Origin: Chrysomallon squamiferum
Lineage: Eukaryota; Animalia; Mollusca
Length of the DNA stretch: 64,000 nt
Direction: 5' to 3'
Assembly (NCBI GenBank): GCA_012295275.1
Contig: CM022674.1
Coordinates: 13,702,001 to 13,766,000, forward strand
Shown here: positions 13,834-27,400 of the stretch, piece by piece
How positions within the stretch are numbered: position 1 is the stretch's first letter
How the letters are laid out: each line of letters starts with the position of its first letter
Position numbers and translations under genes: made by a program
Notes under the pieces: generated by a model
The model's input: only the letters and a program-made list of their open reading frames with translations
The model's database searches: none
Told to the model about the DNA's origin: nothing

Positions 13834-14107
13834 AATAAATAAATAATATGAAAGGAATGGGATGACCAACAATTTGTGTGGAAGAATATTATTTTGGAAA
13901 TGGTGTTGCCCTAACTTCCATCTGAATTTTTTTTTTTTTTTTTTTTTAGAAAATGAAGCTTTATTAATCAATCAGTCACTCTATCAATCTCTCTCTTTCC
14001 ATCAACTTCAAGTACTCTTCTACACATCACTATTTTGTGTTTGTTCACCTTCAGTTATTTATCCCAATGTCTTGAACAGAAATATACAAACAAGTGATAC
14101 ATATATT

Positions 14108-14143
<36 letters not shown>

Positions 14144-17100
14144 AACACAAAGGCTTAAATGAACACAACTGATAAATAAAATATTTAAAAATAAAATAAC
14201 TGAAAAACAAAACAAAACAATTAACAAAACAGATATTGTACTTTTGAAAATAAAACATTACAGATCAAAATAAGATCTTTACATTGTGTTGCAATTTCAA
14301 AGACAAGGTTTTGATGATAATATATATATATATATATATATAAACACAACAAAGAAACAATCTTAAAATAAAATATAAAAAACTCAGTATAATAATTAAA
14401 ACAAGCTTAAAAAAAGTCTATAATCTAAATTTCTGAAAACAAAACAACAGTTACATTTAGTAAAATACACATCTTTTGTGTTTTCTTTGATGTCTAGAAG
14501 TAGAAAATTGAAAAGGAAAATTAATTTGCTTTGAAAATGATCATGGGATAACACTGAAAACTAAATAACTAATTTACATAGTCCTATACAAAACTAAAAT
14601 TACGTAATTTCTTCAATCAAATTTATAATTATTAAAATGCTGATCATAATGTTACATATTTATAAATTTACACTTTTTCAAAATATATTTTGTACAGTGT
14701 ATTTTATGAATCATAATAATAATTATTTTTTATTTATTTATTTATTTTTTTTTTTTTGTATGTTAAAAAACAAAAGAAAAACTATAAAAAATAATAAAAT
14801 TAACAGTAAACCTTTTAAACATTGTAAAATATTTTTATGCATCAAAATTGCAACAAAATGCACCATCTATTCTCCCAAATCAAGGAAATAATAAAAGAAA
14901 ATTAAGAAAGAAACAAAGAGTTCAGAACTATATTAGCCTAAAACACTAGTTTCAGGTTTTTAAAATTGATTTAAAATAAATCATAAAATAGATATATTTT
15001 TTAAATCAGTGTAAATTGCTGTAGTTACTGATTCTGAACACATTAAATGTATGACATTTATAAACTGTATATATAAAATGAAACAAACATTTGATAACAT
15101 TGCTCTGTTCATTATACTTGATAAATATTTTTTACATCTTTAAGTATAATAAAGTTATTGACTGTAATTTAATATAAATAAATTTTAATTATTTCTATTG
15201 ATCAACATGTATAAATAATCACTGTGATCAGTTTACTCTTGAATAATGTAATAATTACATTTATTCTTATTATTATTATTTATTTGACAAATCTAACAAA
15301 TACTTTTTTTTCTTGGGTTAGCTAACCCTCTTCTACATAAATATGTATAAACATTAATTTAATTTAATTTTCAAAAATACTGCCAATTCTTTTATTGTAA
15401 TGAAAATCACAGAACAACAGTAAATTAACCAGTGTTACTATAAATTAAACTGTCTTTCTTTTGTATGCATATTATATACATATATATGTGTATATTAATA
15501 CTTGATTAACATGCTAATGACAGCTGCAAATGACAAATTTAAATTAATCTGCAGGTTGAATTTATTACGCCAATTTAAATATTTGTTTCTGATTATGCTA
15601 CTAAAATTAAAATACCAGATGGAAAAATATTTTAAAAAATAAAGATGAAATATTTGTGATACATGTAATGATACATGTAATGATATTAATGAAAAAATTA
15701 TTATTTGTCTATGCACATAAGTAAAAACAATACCAAATACTGATTAGTCAATATTTTGCACAAGGGAGATAATTAACATTACAATTAAACAAAGGGAGAT
15801 AATTACTATTATAAAAAGGAAATAGTTCATACATACAAGGGAGATAATTGATGATACATGTGCTAACAGGATACAAATGGAGACAATTTATATGTTACAC
15901 TGCACAAAGGGAGACAATTTATACTTTAACCTTTACACAGGGAAGTAATTCAACTAAACGATTTAGAAAGGAATTAATTAATACTTATAACATTACTGTA
16001 GAATACTTGTATCTTTTTCAAACAAGATAAATATATTATCTGCATCTGCTATCATACATGATTAACTGATGATATAATATTAATATCTGGTACTGAATAT
16101 CATTATGTTACAAAATGTCATTGATTCATGCAACATGACAGTGATATGTAAAACAAATAAATATGTAAACTATTTTCCAAATTTGATATGTTTCTGTAAG
16201 TACTGTGGTATAAAATATTTCTTAATTAAAAATATTAAAAAAAAAAAAAAGAAGAAAAAAAAAGAATTGTGTCTTTTGTCACCACATGATTAGTTAATAT
16301 GAATGAACAATGATTCTGTCATAAATAATACATAAAATATTTTTGTTATTCTGTTAAAGTATTTTTTCAGTGTTGTCCTGACTAACCACTGTACACCACT
16401 GAATTAATTAATATTATGGGTTCCAGCTGCAATGAATCATTTACATAATCTAATATTCAACAGTTCATGAATATTAACTGTAACATTTCAATCAGAATAA
16501 ATAAATTTTATCACATTCAAATGTTTTTTCTTCAATACATAAATGTAAATTAATTTACAACTGTAACTCTAAGCCAACAAAACTAGAAAGTTAAACACTT
16601 TTACCTATTAACATGTCAAACTCCACCTACATCTCAATTAATATTCATAAGCTAAAACATCATTTTATTTTATTTTTATTTTTTTTTTCCATCCACTTAG
16701 TCAGCTAAATGATATTAATTTTCAAAATATAGTATATTTGGAGATGTTAATTTGAATTTGGTCAGAATAATACTTTTATTTTTATATAACTTATTTCAAA
16801 CTGAGGAACAATTATAATAGACAGATGTCAGCCATTTTGTTTTTGTTACACTGACTACAGTTATTATTCTCCTAGGACTGTAATCCAGATACTTATTGCA
16901 TCAATAATCCTCTAAATATTGTATAATACCCTAACAAATACTGTGCACTGTCAACAATGGTGAATAAAACATTTCATCTAACAATTAACTGAAGACAAAA
17001 CATCACATATAAGATTACAACAAAAACAAACATTGTGGGAATGTAGACAAGTGTTGAAAACAAGAAAATCCAGATTCATAAAATTATTATTTAACAAAAA

Positions 17101-19665
17101 AACCCAGAAAATAACTATTTTGATCAGTACTTGTAAAAACTACAAAAGGTTCACCGTTTTTTTTTTTAAAGCATATTCATTCAAAATGAAAATTTACAAA
17201 AAAGTAGAAAGATCTGCATGATAATATTTAACAAAAACAACAGTTTGATGAAGAAATGTAGAAATAAATTGCACGTTGTAGCATTCAAAAACCTGAATAA
17301 AATTCAGATCATGGGGTATTCAGGCTCCTGTGACAGCATTTAAGAAGATCATGGGGCTATCTGCAGTAGCATTCAGATACATAAAATAGCATTTTAAACT
17401 GACTGCAGAGCATTCAAATCAAAAGTGGAGCATTCAATGCCTTTAGCAGAGAATTAAACAAAATGCCTGGAACCACAGCACCTGACTGGTTCTGTTCTTC
17501 TCAGACATCTCTTTTAGCTTTCAGGCAATCACTGAAGCATCCAAGCACCTGCAGCATCTTTCTGGCACATTAACTCCTACCTGCCGAATTAAGTGGGTAC
17601 TTTCTTTAGCATTCAGACACCTACTGAAGTTTCCAGGTACTTCTGCAGCATTCATACTTATTTAATAAAGCATTCTTGTAAATTAGCTTTTAAAGAAAAA
17701 TTGGGTTTTCATTCTAACATGTACTAGTAAGTGCCACAAAAGTGTGATGATAACAGATAAATTTATAGCTTTTGGATAACACATGATCATTTAGACAACT
17801 GAATACCATTCACCTAATTCAACAGATTTTGCTTGTTTTGCTCTAACTTTGTTAATTTCATTTACATTTATACAATGGCAAAGACTTAGTTCAGTATAAT
17901 TTGAGCTTCAGAATTCTGACAAATATTTTAATATTTACTTATTTGGTAAAGGTATCTATGAAGGTGGTAATATTATTTATATGAATACTAGTTTATCATG
18001 GTTTGAATATATATTTATATATATTAACAAAAACAAATGATTGTGAAAAAAGACCAGATTCTAGTTTCTGGAATGAATGACATTCAAACTTAATTACATA
18101 ATTTATACTAACATCATTTGGTCATTTTTCAAAATATCAAAAGAACAAAAAAAAAAAAGAAGAAAAGAACACTCAACATTTCATGTACACTACTGTCATG
18201 ACAAAATATAGAAATTCTTTCGTAATCAGTGCTGCTTTTGTTCTAACACACAAAGACGATTACTGTAAGTAACTCGATGATTGAAATAAAATAATTTGTT
18301 TGTTAGGCAGGCTAAACAAAATGGTTACATCCAATGATTCAAAAACAGTTCAATTGCTAATTACCAGCAGCATCAATTTTAACAACTGAATTAATCTGAA
18401 CACAAATAATGTGAGTAAACATTGACACAGACTAAAGTACTTGCACATATCAGTCAACAATCTGTGAATACAGAACAAAGATTTTTTTTCTTTTTTTTTT
18501 TGTAAACAGATATCAATATTTGGTATATAAAATGAAAATATTTTCATGTATCAATCCAGCATTTTATACATAAAACTGGAAACCTGCACATATTAATCCA
18601 AACTCTGTATACACAAACTGAATATTATTCGTGTATAAACTTTAAAATACTTTCAAGTTTTAATCCTGACTTTGCTATATAAACTGAAAATCCTTGTAAA
18701 TATTAATCTGAAATTTAACACATGATATGGAAATCTTTGCAAGCACTAATCCAGAAACTGGAATTGAAAAAACCTTGCAAATATCAGTCTAGAAATCTGT
18801 CGTGTTTGTTTCACAAACATTCAGAACAAAAATACTGTGAAGGTTGTCTTGACTATAGGTCCTCTATCTCTCTCTCTCTCTCTGAGAACCAAACAAAGGT
18901 AAAAATCTGAAGAAAAAAATCTTATTTCTATCCTGAATAATCCTTTTTGACACTCTGCTCACAAAGTGTCAGTGTAAGTATAAATCCACTGACATCTGCT
19001 ACAGCCTGTTCTGTAGACACAAGTATTTTCTCATCCTGTGAGTTTCTTCTGAATAATCCTGTGAGATGAGTGAGTTACCATTGCAAGTTGTTTGATTAAT
19101 CACGTGAGTTGTGTTGATTAATTCTGTATGCGTTGTTATGCCCTGTCAGTTATGTTGATTATATCCTGTGAGTTAAGATGATTTAATCCTGTGAGCTGAT
19201 CTTAGAAATAATAATCCCATGAATATTTAGAAATATTGTCCAATTTATCCTGTGAGCAATGTGTGAGTTATGTCCAAGAAATTATGTGAAATGTGAGCAC
19301 TGTGGAGTCCTTTTTATGAGTTTCATGCCAGGTGTCTTTTTGTGTAATCCTGTGAGCTATCCTATGAGTTATAATCCTTTGTGTTCCTGTAAGTAATTTT
19401 CAGTGATTTATCTGAGTGATCTTGTCTTGATATGAACACAATAGTCATCTATCAGTCATCTTGTCTGAATTATCCAGCAATTCATTATGCATGAGTCATC
19501 CTGTGAGTACTCAAGAACGAGTCATTCTGTGAGTACTCAAGAACGAGTCATTCTGTGAGTACTCAAGAACGAGCCATCCTGCGAGTGCTCAAGAACAAGT
19601 CGTCCTGTGAGTACTCACGAGGGAGTCATCCTCTAGTGTACACAAGTCAGTTATCCTGTGAGTAC
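13500..19665 (-). other. Probable long 3' UTR of the Ephexin-family RhoGEF (3' end uncertain)
   Basis: U-rich on the minus strand, CpG-depleted like the gene body, no coding exons; AATAAA candidates include 13960-13965 (minus strand). Confidence 0.45.
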
Positions 19666-19686
19666 TCAAGAATGAGCCATCCTGTT
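19493..19686. repeat. 26-bp minisatellite (GAGTACTCAAGAACGAGTCATTCTGT)-like, about 7 units, overlapping the RhoGEF stop codon
   Basis: GAGTACTC-like cores at 19505, 19531, 19557, 19583, 19609, about 19635 and 19660. Confidence 0.85.
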
Positions 19687-19835
19687 GGCCTCTGTGAGAT
19701 CCTGAGAGGCCATGAGCAGTCTGTATCGCATGCGCAGATTGCGAGCCCGCACGTGCGAATTGACGATTTCCTCGATGCAGTATGCTGGAAACCATCCCCT
19801 CTCACCGTCACGAATTCTCTCCCCTTCGTACCATC
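19666..19835 (-). CDS. RhoGEF exon 20 (SH3 C-half, stop)
   Basis: TTCAG|GA; GWYEGERIRDGERGWFPAYCIEEIVNSHVRARNLRMRYRLLMASQDLTEANRMAHS*. Confidence 0.93.
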
Positions 19836-21387
19836 CTGAAAACAACACGCAGAACACTAAAACAAACTGGTGTGAACTGGTTATTATTTCTCTGTTAACA
19901 GTCATTAATTATATCAAAAAGGTTATCTCACAAAAACAGTAATTAGTCTTAACATTAGAACAAACTGAATCAGTAGTAATCAAAACTGTAGCTGTGGTGG
20001 TAACAGTTAAAATATAATAATAATAATAATAATACACTTCATGATGATGATGACAATAATAATAAAAATAATAATAATTAAATTAAATAATTAAAATAGA
20101 AATTAAAAGTAGAAAATACAGTCCAGTATAGACTGCAGTAGACATTTATTAATTTTAATTAAATGTAGAGATTATCTGTTTAATTAATAGAGTTGCAAAG
20201 AGGTTACCATCTTATTTTAGTTCTAACAAGACTTACTCATTTTAATTCATCATGAACTTGTTAATTCTTGTTCAATACAGATTTAATAAATCTATATATT
20301 TGTCTGTTTTAATCTCACATGAACAACTCATTTTAGTTCAAATAAGACTTAATAATTTCTCTTCACTGTTCAGATTTATTTATAATCCGAAGCAGATTAT
20401 TATATAATATTATCATAAACTTTCCTTTTTAAGTAAAATAAAATAAGAAGCATAGATTAACAGAATATAATAGTAATATTATACTAAATTATTTCAAAAT
20501 AAATATGGACAAAATAGGTTCAGGTTAATTAAAAGGTGGAAAACTTCATTTTTAATTAATTCAAGGAAGAATTTAAAGGAAAGATAAAAATCATTTTGAG
20601 TTGTTTATTAAAATATGTGTTGTGCTGCTTTGTCAGTGAAGATTTTATTTAAATTTAAAACATTTTTTTTTCTTTGTATAAAACGATTTCATATAATGGT
20701 TTCAAAAAAATGGATAAACATCTGTCATAAACATGTATAAACATAAATATACTTTTTTTAAATTTCTGTAAATCACATTTCTGATTTACTATTATATAAA
20801 ATCATTTTTCTTATAATTTGGGTTTCTTTTTCTTTATTTCTTTATTTTATTTTATTTTTATTTTTTTCATTATTTTTATTTTAATTCTAATTTTAATTTT
20901 AATTTACGTTATTTTTACTTTATTTTTACTTTATTTTACTTTTTTTTTTTTAATTTTCATTTACTTTTTTTTTTTGCTTATTTTCTTTAATTCTTTTTTA
21001 TTTTCCTTCTAGATACAAATTACTAATTAGTAAGTAAACAAGTTGATTAATAACAAATCAATAAATAACTGTATTACTGTTATCAGTTAACTGATAGGTA
21101 ATAACTGATATACAAGTGATATATCACATGATAGGTAACATGTGAAATAAGCTGAAAGGGTTGCAGGGTAAGACAATGATATACTACCTGTCACACTGTT
21201 TCAGTTTTCATGTATCTACGACAGTTTCTAAAATAAACATTTCTTTTCTGCCAAGACCATTTATGAGATAAATTCTTTTGAGAAATATTTTCATTTGTTT
21301 TATTATTGTGGAAACAAGCACAAATTATACAAACAAGCACTGTTTTTTTATATGACATGGTAATTCTAAATTAATAAAAAAAATGTA

Positions 21388-21432
<45 letters not shown>

Positions 21433-24400
21433 ATATATATATATATATATATAGATATATAGATATATATATATAAAATATGGTACTTCTAAATTCTAAA
21501 TTAAAAAAAAATTATATATATATATATTATTACTTGATATTTTTGAATGGAAAAACAAAAAGAAAACAGACTTTATTATTATTATTTTTTTTATTATTAT
21601 TATTATTATTATGATTTCTGACCAGTATAGAAACCACACTGGTAGGAAATATAAATCTGTGAATTTCACTGCATTCCACACACAGCCTATTGTTTACTGT
21701 GATATCTGTCTAGATATTTGATAACAGAACGTTATTAACTGAACCCAATTCGACTGGATTATATCAAGTAAGAATCTGTAACATGAAAAAACAAACTCAG
21801 CCTACAACTAATCAGACTAAAAAGTGTTAAAATTTGAAAACTTCGACACCAACCATCACTTATTTTTTTGTAAACGTTGACAACATCGGATTCTTCTAGC
21901 GACAACTCGTCAGGTTCTCTGGCTGTGTACTTTCGGACACACTGACCTTGTGGACAGTCTGGGGAGGGGAAAAAGAATAAAATTTTAAAATTTTAAAAAT
22001 AAAATAAACGTTTTTGTTCATCGCTTGACTATTAGTTATGTATTTATGGACCATACATGCATTGTCCTTAATGTAAATAGTTTATATATAATTTTATTAA
22101 AACAGTTAATATTAAAATATAATGTGTCTTCGTTAAATAAATACTTGTAACACATAAGTTTTACAATATCATTCAACATTTAATATTGCTGTGGCTTTGT
22201 TAAATAAACATTCTGTATTTTATTGTTTTTTAAGAAACCGAAGTTCTATGTAGCTGTTGTAGCTGTTAATGTTTGATAACAGAAAAATTAATCTGTGAAG
22301 GATTAGGGATTAACTAACCCCAGTCCTCATAAATCCTTTCATGTTGATCATTTGATCTAACTGGATTAACTGCATCAATCCATCGAGTTCTGTCACTCCT
22401 GAAATAAAGTTAAAAACAATTTTTTAAATGTCTGATAAACATATTCATTTACTTTAATTAATCTATTTATTTTATTTTATTTTAATTTTTTTTAAGAAAA
22501 GTAAAAAGTCTTGAAAAATTAAACAAAAAAAAACCCTGAGGAAAAGTCGAAAAAATGTTTTAAATAATGCATTATTGAATTATACAACAACAGAACTAAC
22601 TTACAGAGTTGGATAATTTCTTTATCATTTGAAAATAAAATAAATGCTCTTACCAAATCTACCAAAAATCAAAAGAAGATGTCTATAGTATTATAAAAAA
22701 AATAATAATAATAAAAAATAAAATAAAATAAAACAAAATAAAATAAAGAGGTATTTCTTTGCTACTCGTGAGTCTATTACTTGAAATTACTTCAACTTAC
22801 GGAGAATTGCTCGACAAAACCATCTCCACTTGTTTCTTCTCGTGATTTTCGAGGATGACCATGAGAAAGAGGCTCTTACAGCCGCTAGGGATACCTAGAG
22901 GCAGATGTCGACACTTCTCTGAGCTGTCAATGCTCTCAGCATGTAGAGTGTTTCTCTGGCAATAATCCGTAACCATGAACATCGTCCTATCAATAATAAT
23001 TAAAATTTTAAAAAACCCCAGACTAAATCAGAAACTAAATCTTAACTATAAGATGTATATTTGATGAAAATGAACCCTTCTTGAAGAAAAAAAAGAAGTA
23101 AATTTTTTATTTAATACTTTTTAATGTTCAATATTACTGATATAGCAAGATCCATCTAGATAAGGAGACACGAATCCAGCTGCTGCTACATAAAGGACTC
23201 TTTTTTTTTTTCTACACCACAGCAAAATATATTTTACATTCACCTTCCCATAGACAGGGAAGTATATATTATCATGATCTCTGATATTTAGCCAGATTTG
23301 GAGCAATTGGCTATATTGGGAAATGGCTTAAGTAGGATTCTGCAAACTGCTCTAACACATTGGAAAAACTAGTATTAAATCTTGACAAGCTAATCAAAAT
23401 ATTAATATTTGAAAAAAAAAATAAATAAATAAAAAAGGAAATAATCCGAAAAAATTCAACTTTTAGGTATTTTCTTAGTCATTAATTAATAAATTACTAT
23501 TCAAAGTTTTTTTTTCTGCCCCAAAAAATGTCAAATACCATGTTTTTTTTTGTTATTTTCTAAACAGAAAAATATTACTATGTAAAAATTCTGGAGTTAC
23601 TCACCCCTTTTTCTTGGCTACAAGTAAAATGTCATTAAACAGGAAGAGCCAAATTGTGTGTTTAGTGGGACCACGGAATGCCTTTCCAAATGGAATCCTA
23701 CTTCCTGTGTCACTCACAATACGAGTTAACTCCCCTTGTTTGACAAGGAACCGAGAAGATGAAACCAGAGGAATTTCCTGTGATAAACAACAAGAGAAAT
23801 ATTTTAATATATTTTTTATACTAAAGTCTTTTAAAACTGTAACTGAAAAAGAAAAAATTTAACATACACTCCCTTTTTTCAAACGTTTAAATATCATATT
23901 CAGAATAAAGACTAAACATATTTTGTATCAATATTCTTCTGAATTATTGTTGTGTTAATTTATTCTAAGCAAAATTATCTTATAATATATCTTTTTAGAA
24001 TGCTGACATTTTCCCTACTCTGAATATTATTTAATAAATAAAAATGTAATAAATATTCTGAATAGACTGATAACACAACAAAATTAATTTTTAATTTTTT
24101 GATTTTCTCTTTTTGTTTTTTTTACTATATTTTCTCTCCCATGTATTTTCATTGTAAAGAAATCTTTATCTGAAACACTAAAATGTCCTCGGGAGCCATT
24201 TAGATATTAAAATCATAATAAATAATATAAAAAGGTTACTGACCTTCACCTTGAAGTCGAAATGGTTTACCAGGAGACACATTTGTTCTGTCTGTTGCAT
24301 CTTCTTAGCACCATCATTGCATCGTTTCACAACCTGACAAAACAGTCATTTATTTCACAAACTAATAAAATATTTATTTCATTCACAAACTAATAAAATA

Positions 24401-27400
24401 TTTATTTATTTCACAAACTAATAAAATATTTATTTCATTCACAAACTAATAAAATATTTAATTCACAAACTAATAAAATATTTAATTCACAATCTAATAA
24501 AGTGTTTATTTATTTAATTCACAACCTAATAAAGTGTTTATTTATTTCATTCACAACCTAATAAAATATTTAATTCACAACCTAATACAATATTTATTTG
24601 TTTAATTCACAACCTAATAAAATATTTATTTATTTCATTCACAACCTAATACAATATTTATTTGTTTAATTCACAACCTAATAAAATATTTATTTATTTC
24701 ATTCACAACCTAATAAAATATTTATTTAATTCACAACCTAATAAAATATTTATTAATTTAATTCACAACCTAATAAAATTATTTATTTAATTCACAACCT
24801 AATAAAATATTTATTTAATTCACAACCTAATAAAATATTTATTTATTTCATTCACAACTTAATAAAACATTTATTTAATTCACAACTTGCTTATTTTTTG
24901 TAAGTTAAAAACAGACATTGTTTTACTGAAACATCACAAAACAAAAATGATAAAATAAAATTTATTATTATTTAATTTATTATTAAATATTAAGATTATA
25001 TCTTTCAAAATATATATTAAAATAGAGGTTTAATTAAGATTATCTATTTCTTTTTCCTTTCACTTTTTTCTCTTTATCTATTAATATTTTCAATTTGATA
25101 AATTTTTAGTTTTATTACTTTCCTTTTATTGTGCTTGAACAATATGTCAAAATCCTGTTTTAATTATACTACCAGTTTTCTTATTTTATATGTTAATATT
25201 TTCAATATGATCTGTTTTTTTAGTTCATTACTTTCACTTTGGTCTACTTTCAGTTTCGTTACTTTCATTTGGACTACTTTCAGTTTCGTTTCTTTCACTT
25301 TGGACTACTTTCAGTTTCGTTACTTTCATTTAGGTCTACTTTCAGTTTCGTTACTTTCACTTTGGACTACTTTCAGTTTCGTTACTTTCATTTAGGTCTA
25401 CTTTCAGTTTCGTTTCTTTCACTTTGGACTACTTTCAGTTTCGTTACTTTCATTTAGGTCTACTTTCAGTTTCGTTACTTTCACTTTGGACTACTTTCAG
25501 TTTCGTTTCTTTCACTTTGGACTACTTTCAGTTTCGTTACTTTCATTTAGGTCTACTTTCAGTTTCGTTTCTTTCACTTTGGACTACTTTCAGTTTCGTT
25601 ACTTTCATTTAGGTCTACTTTCAGTTTCGTTACTTTCACTTTGGACTACTTTCAGTTTCGTTACTTTCATTTTGGTCTACTTTCAGTTTTGTTACTTTCA
25701 CTTTGGCCTACTTTCAGTTTGACTACTTTCACTTCTGCTCACCCTGTTGAGGCACTGTAAAGCTTTCTGTGCTACTGTGTGTCGCTCTGTCCCTGGTTCC
25801 AGTCGGTGACACACAGAGTCGACTAGAAGCGGCAGACGTGTTATTCTCTGCATCGGCAGCAACAAGAACGACGACATGGGCAGACTCTGACACTGGGGAT
25901 TTTGTTCCAGTCGCCGGACCGCCTCCACGTACTCTGTTCTCTTCCTAGAACAAGTCAAACACAGAATTTACAAGTCAAATACAGAATTTACATGTAAAAT
26001 ACAGACTTCAGAACATGTAAAATACAGAATTTAGATCTATAATATGTAAAATACAGAATTTACATGTAAAATACACACTAAAGAACATGTTAAATACACA
26101 ATTTAAAACATGTAAAATACAGAATTTACATGTAAAATACAGACTTTACAAGTAAAATACACACAAAAGAACAGGTAAAATACTGAATTGACACGTAAAA
26201 TACAGAATTCAGAACATGTAAAATACAGAATTCAGAACATGTAAAATACAGAATTTAGAACATGTAAAATACAGAAATTACATGTAAAATACACACTAAA
26301 GAACATGTAAAATACAGAATGTAGATCTATAATATATAAAATACAGAATTTAGATCTATAATATGTAAAATACAGAATTTAGAACATGTAAAATATAGAA
26401 TTTAGATCTATAATATGTAAAATATAGAATTTAGAACACATAAAATATGAATTTAGATCTCTAATATGTAAAATACAGAATTTACAATATGTAAAATACA
26501 GACTACAGAACATGTAAAATATAGAATTTAGATCTATAATATGTAAAATATAGAATTTAGAACACTTAAACTATGAATTTAGATCTCTAATATGTAAAAT
26601 ACAGACTACAGAACATGTAAAATACAGAATTTAGATCTATAAAATATGAATATAGAATTTAGAATACTTAAAATATGAATTTAGATCTTAAATATATAAT
26701 TTACAGAATTTCTAATATGTAAAATACAGACTACAGAACATGTAAAATACAGAATTTAGATCTATAATATGTAAAATATAGAATTTAGAATATGTAAAAT
26801 ATGAATTTATAGCTAGAATTTACATCTAGAATAAATGAAATACAGAATTTAGATCTAAAATATGTAAAATACTGAATTTTGAACATGTAAAATACAAAAT
26901 GTAGATCTAAAATATGTAAAATATAGAATTTTGAACATGCAAAATACAGAATTTAGATCTAAAATATGTAAATTGTAGAATTTAAATACAGAACATGTAA
27001 AATATAAATTTAGATCTAGGATAAATAAAATATAGAACTGAGATCTAGAATATAGAAAATATAGAATTTATCTCTAGAATATGTAAAACATAGAATTTTG
27101 ATCTTGAATGTGCAAAATGTAGAATTACAATCTAGAATATGTAAAATATATAAAACTGATTTAAAACAGTTTCACCAAAAAACCACAATCAAAGACTTTC
27201 AGTTGTAAAAGAAACAAATAATAAACTGTTCTTACTTCAGCAGCTCTAGCGTCCTCTCCTGAAAGACTTGGTTACTAGTGTATCGAACGTACGGGTCAAA
27301 GTTTTCTTCCGAGTGCTTGTACACGATGTCACATATGTTTGTCATCAAACACGACTCCTGCCATCTGACCTCCAGATCATAGAGAAATCTGAAATACACA

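Noticed and set aside
25227-25733. CRISPR-like appearance of the regularly spaced 31-bp units
   Set aside because: No unique spacers, no cas genes, and a eukaryotic intron context; it is a head-to-tail minisatellite.
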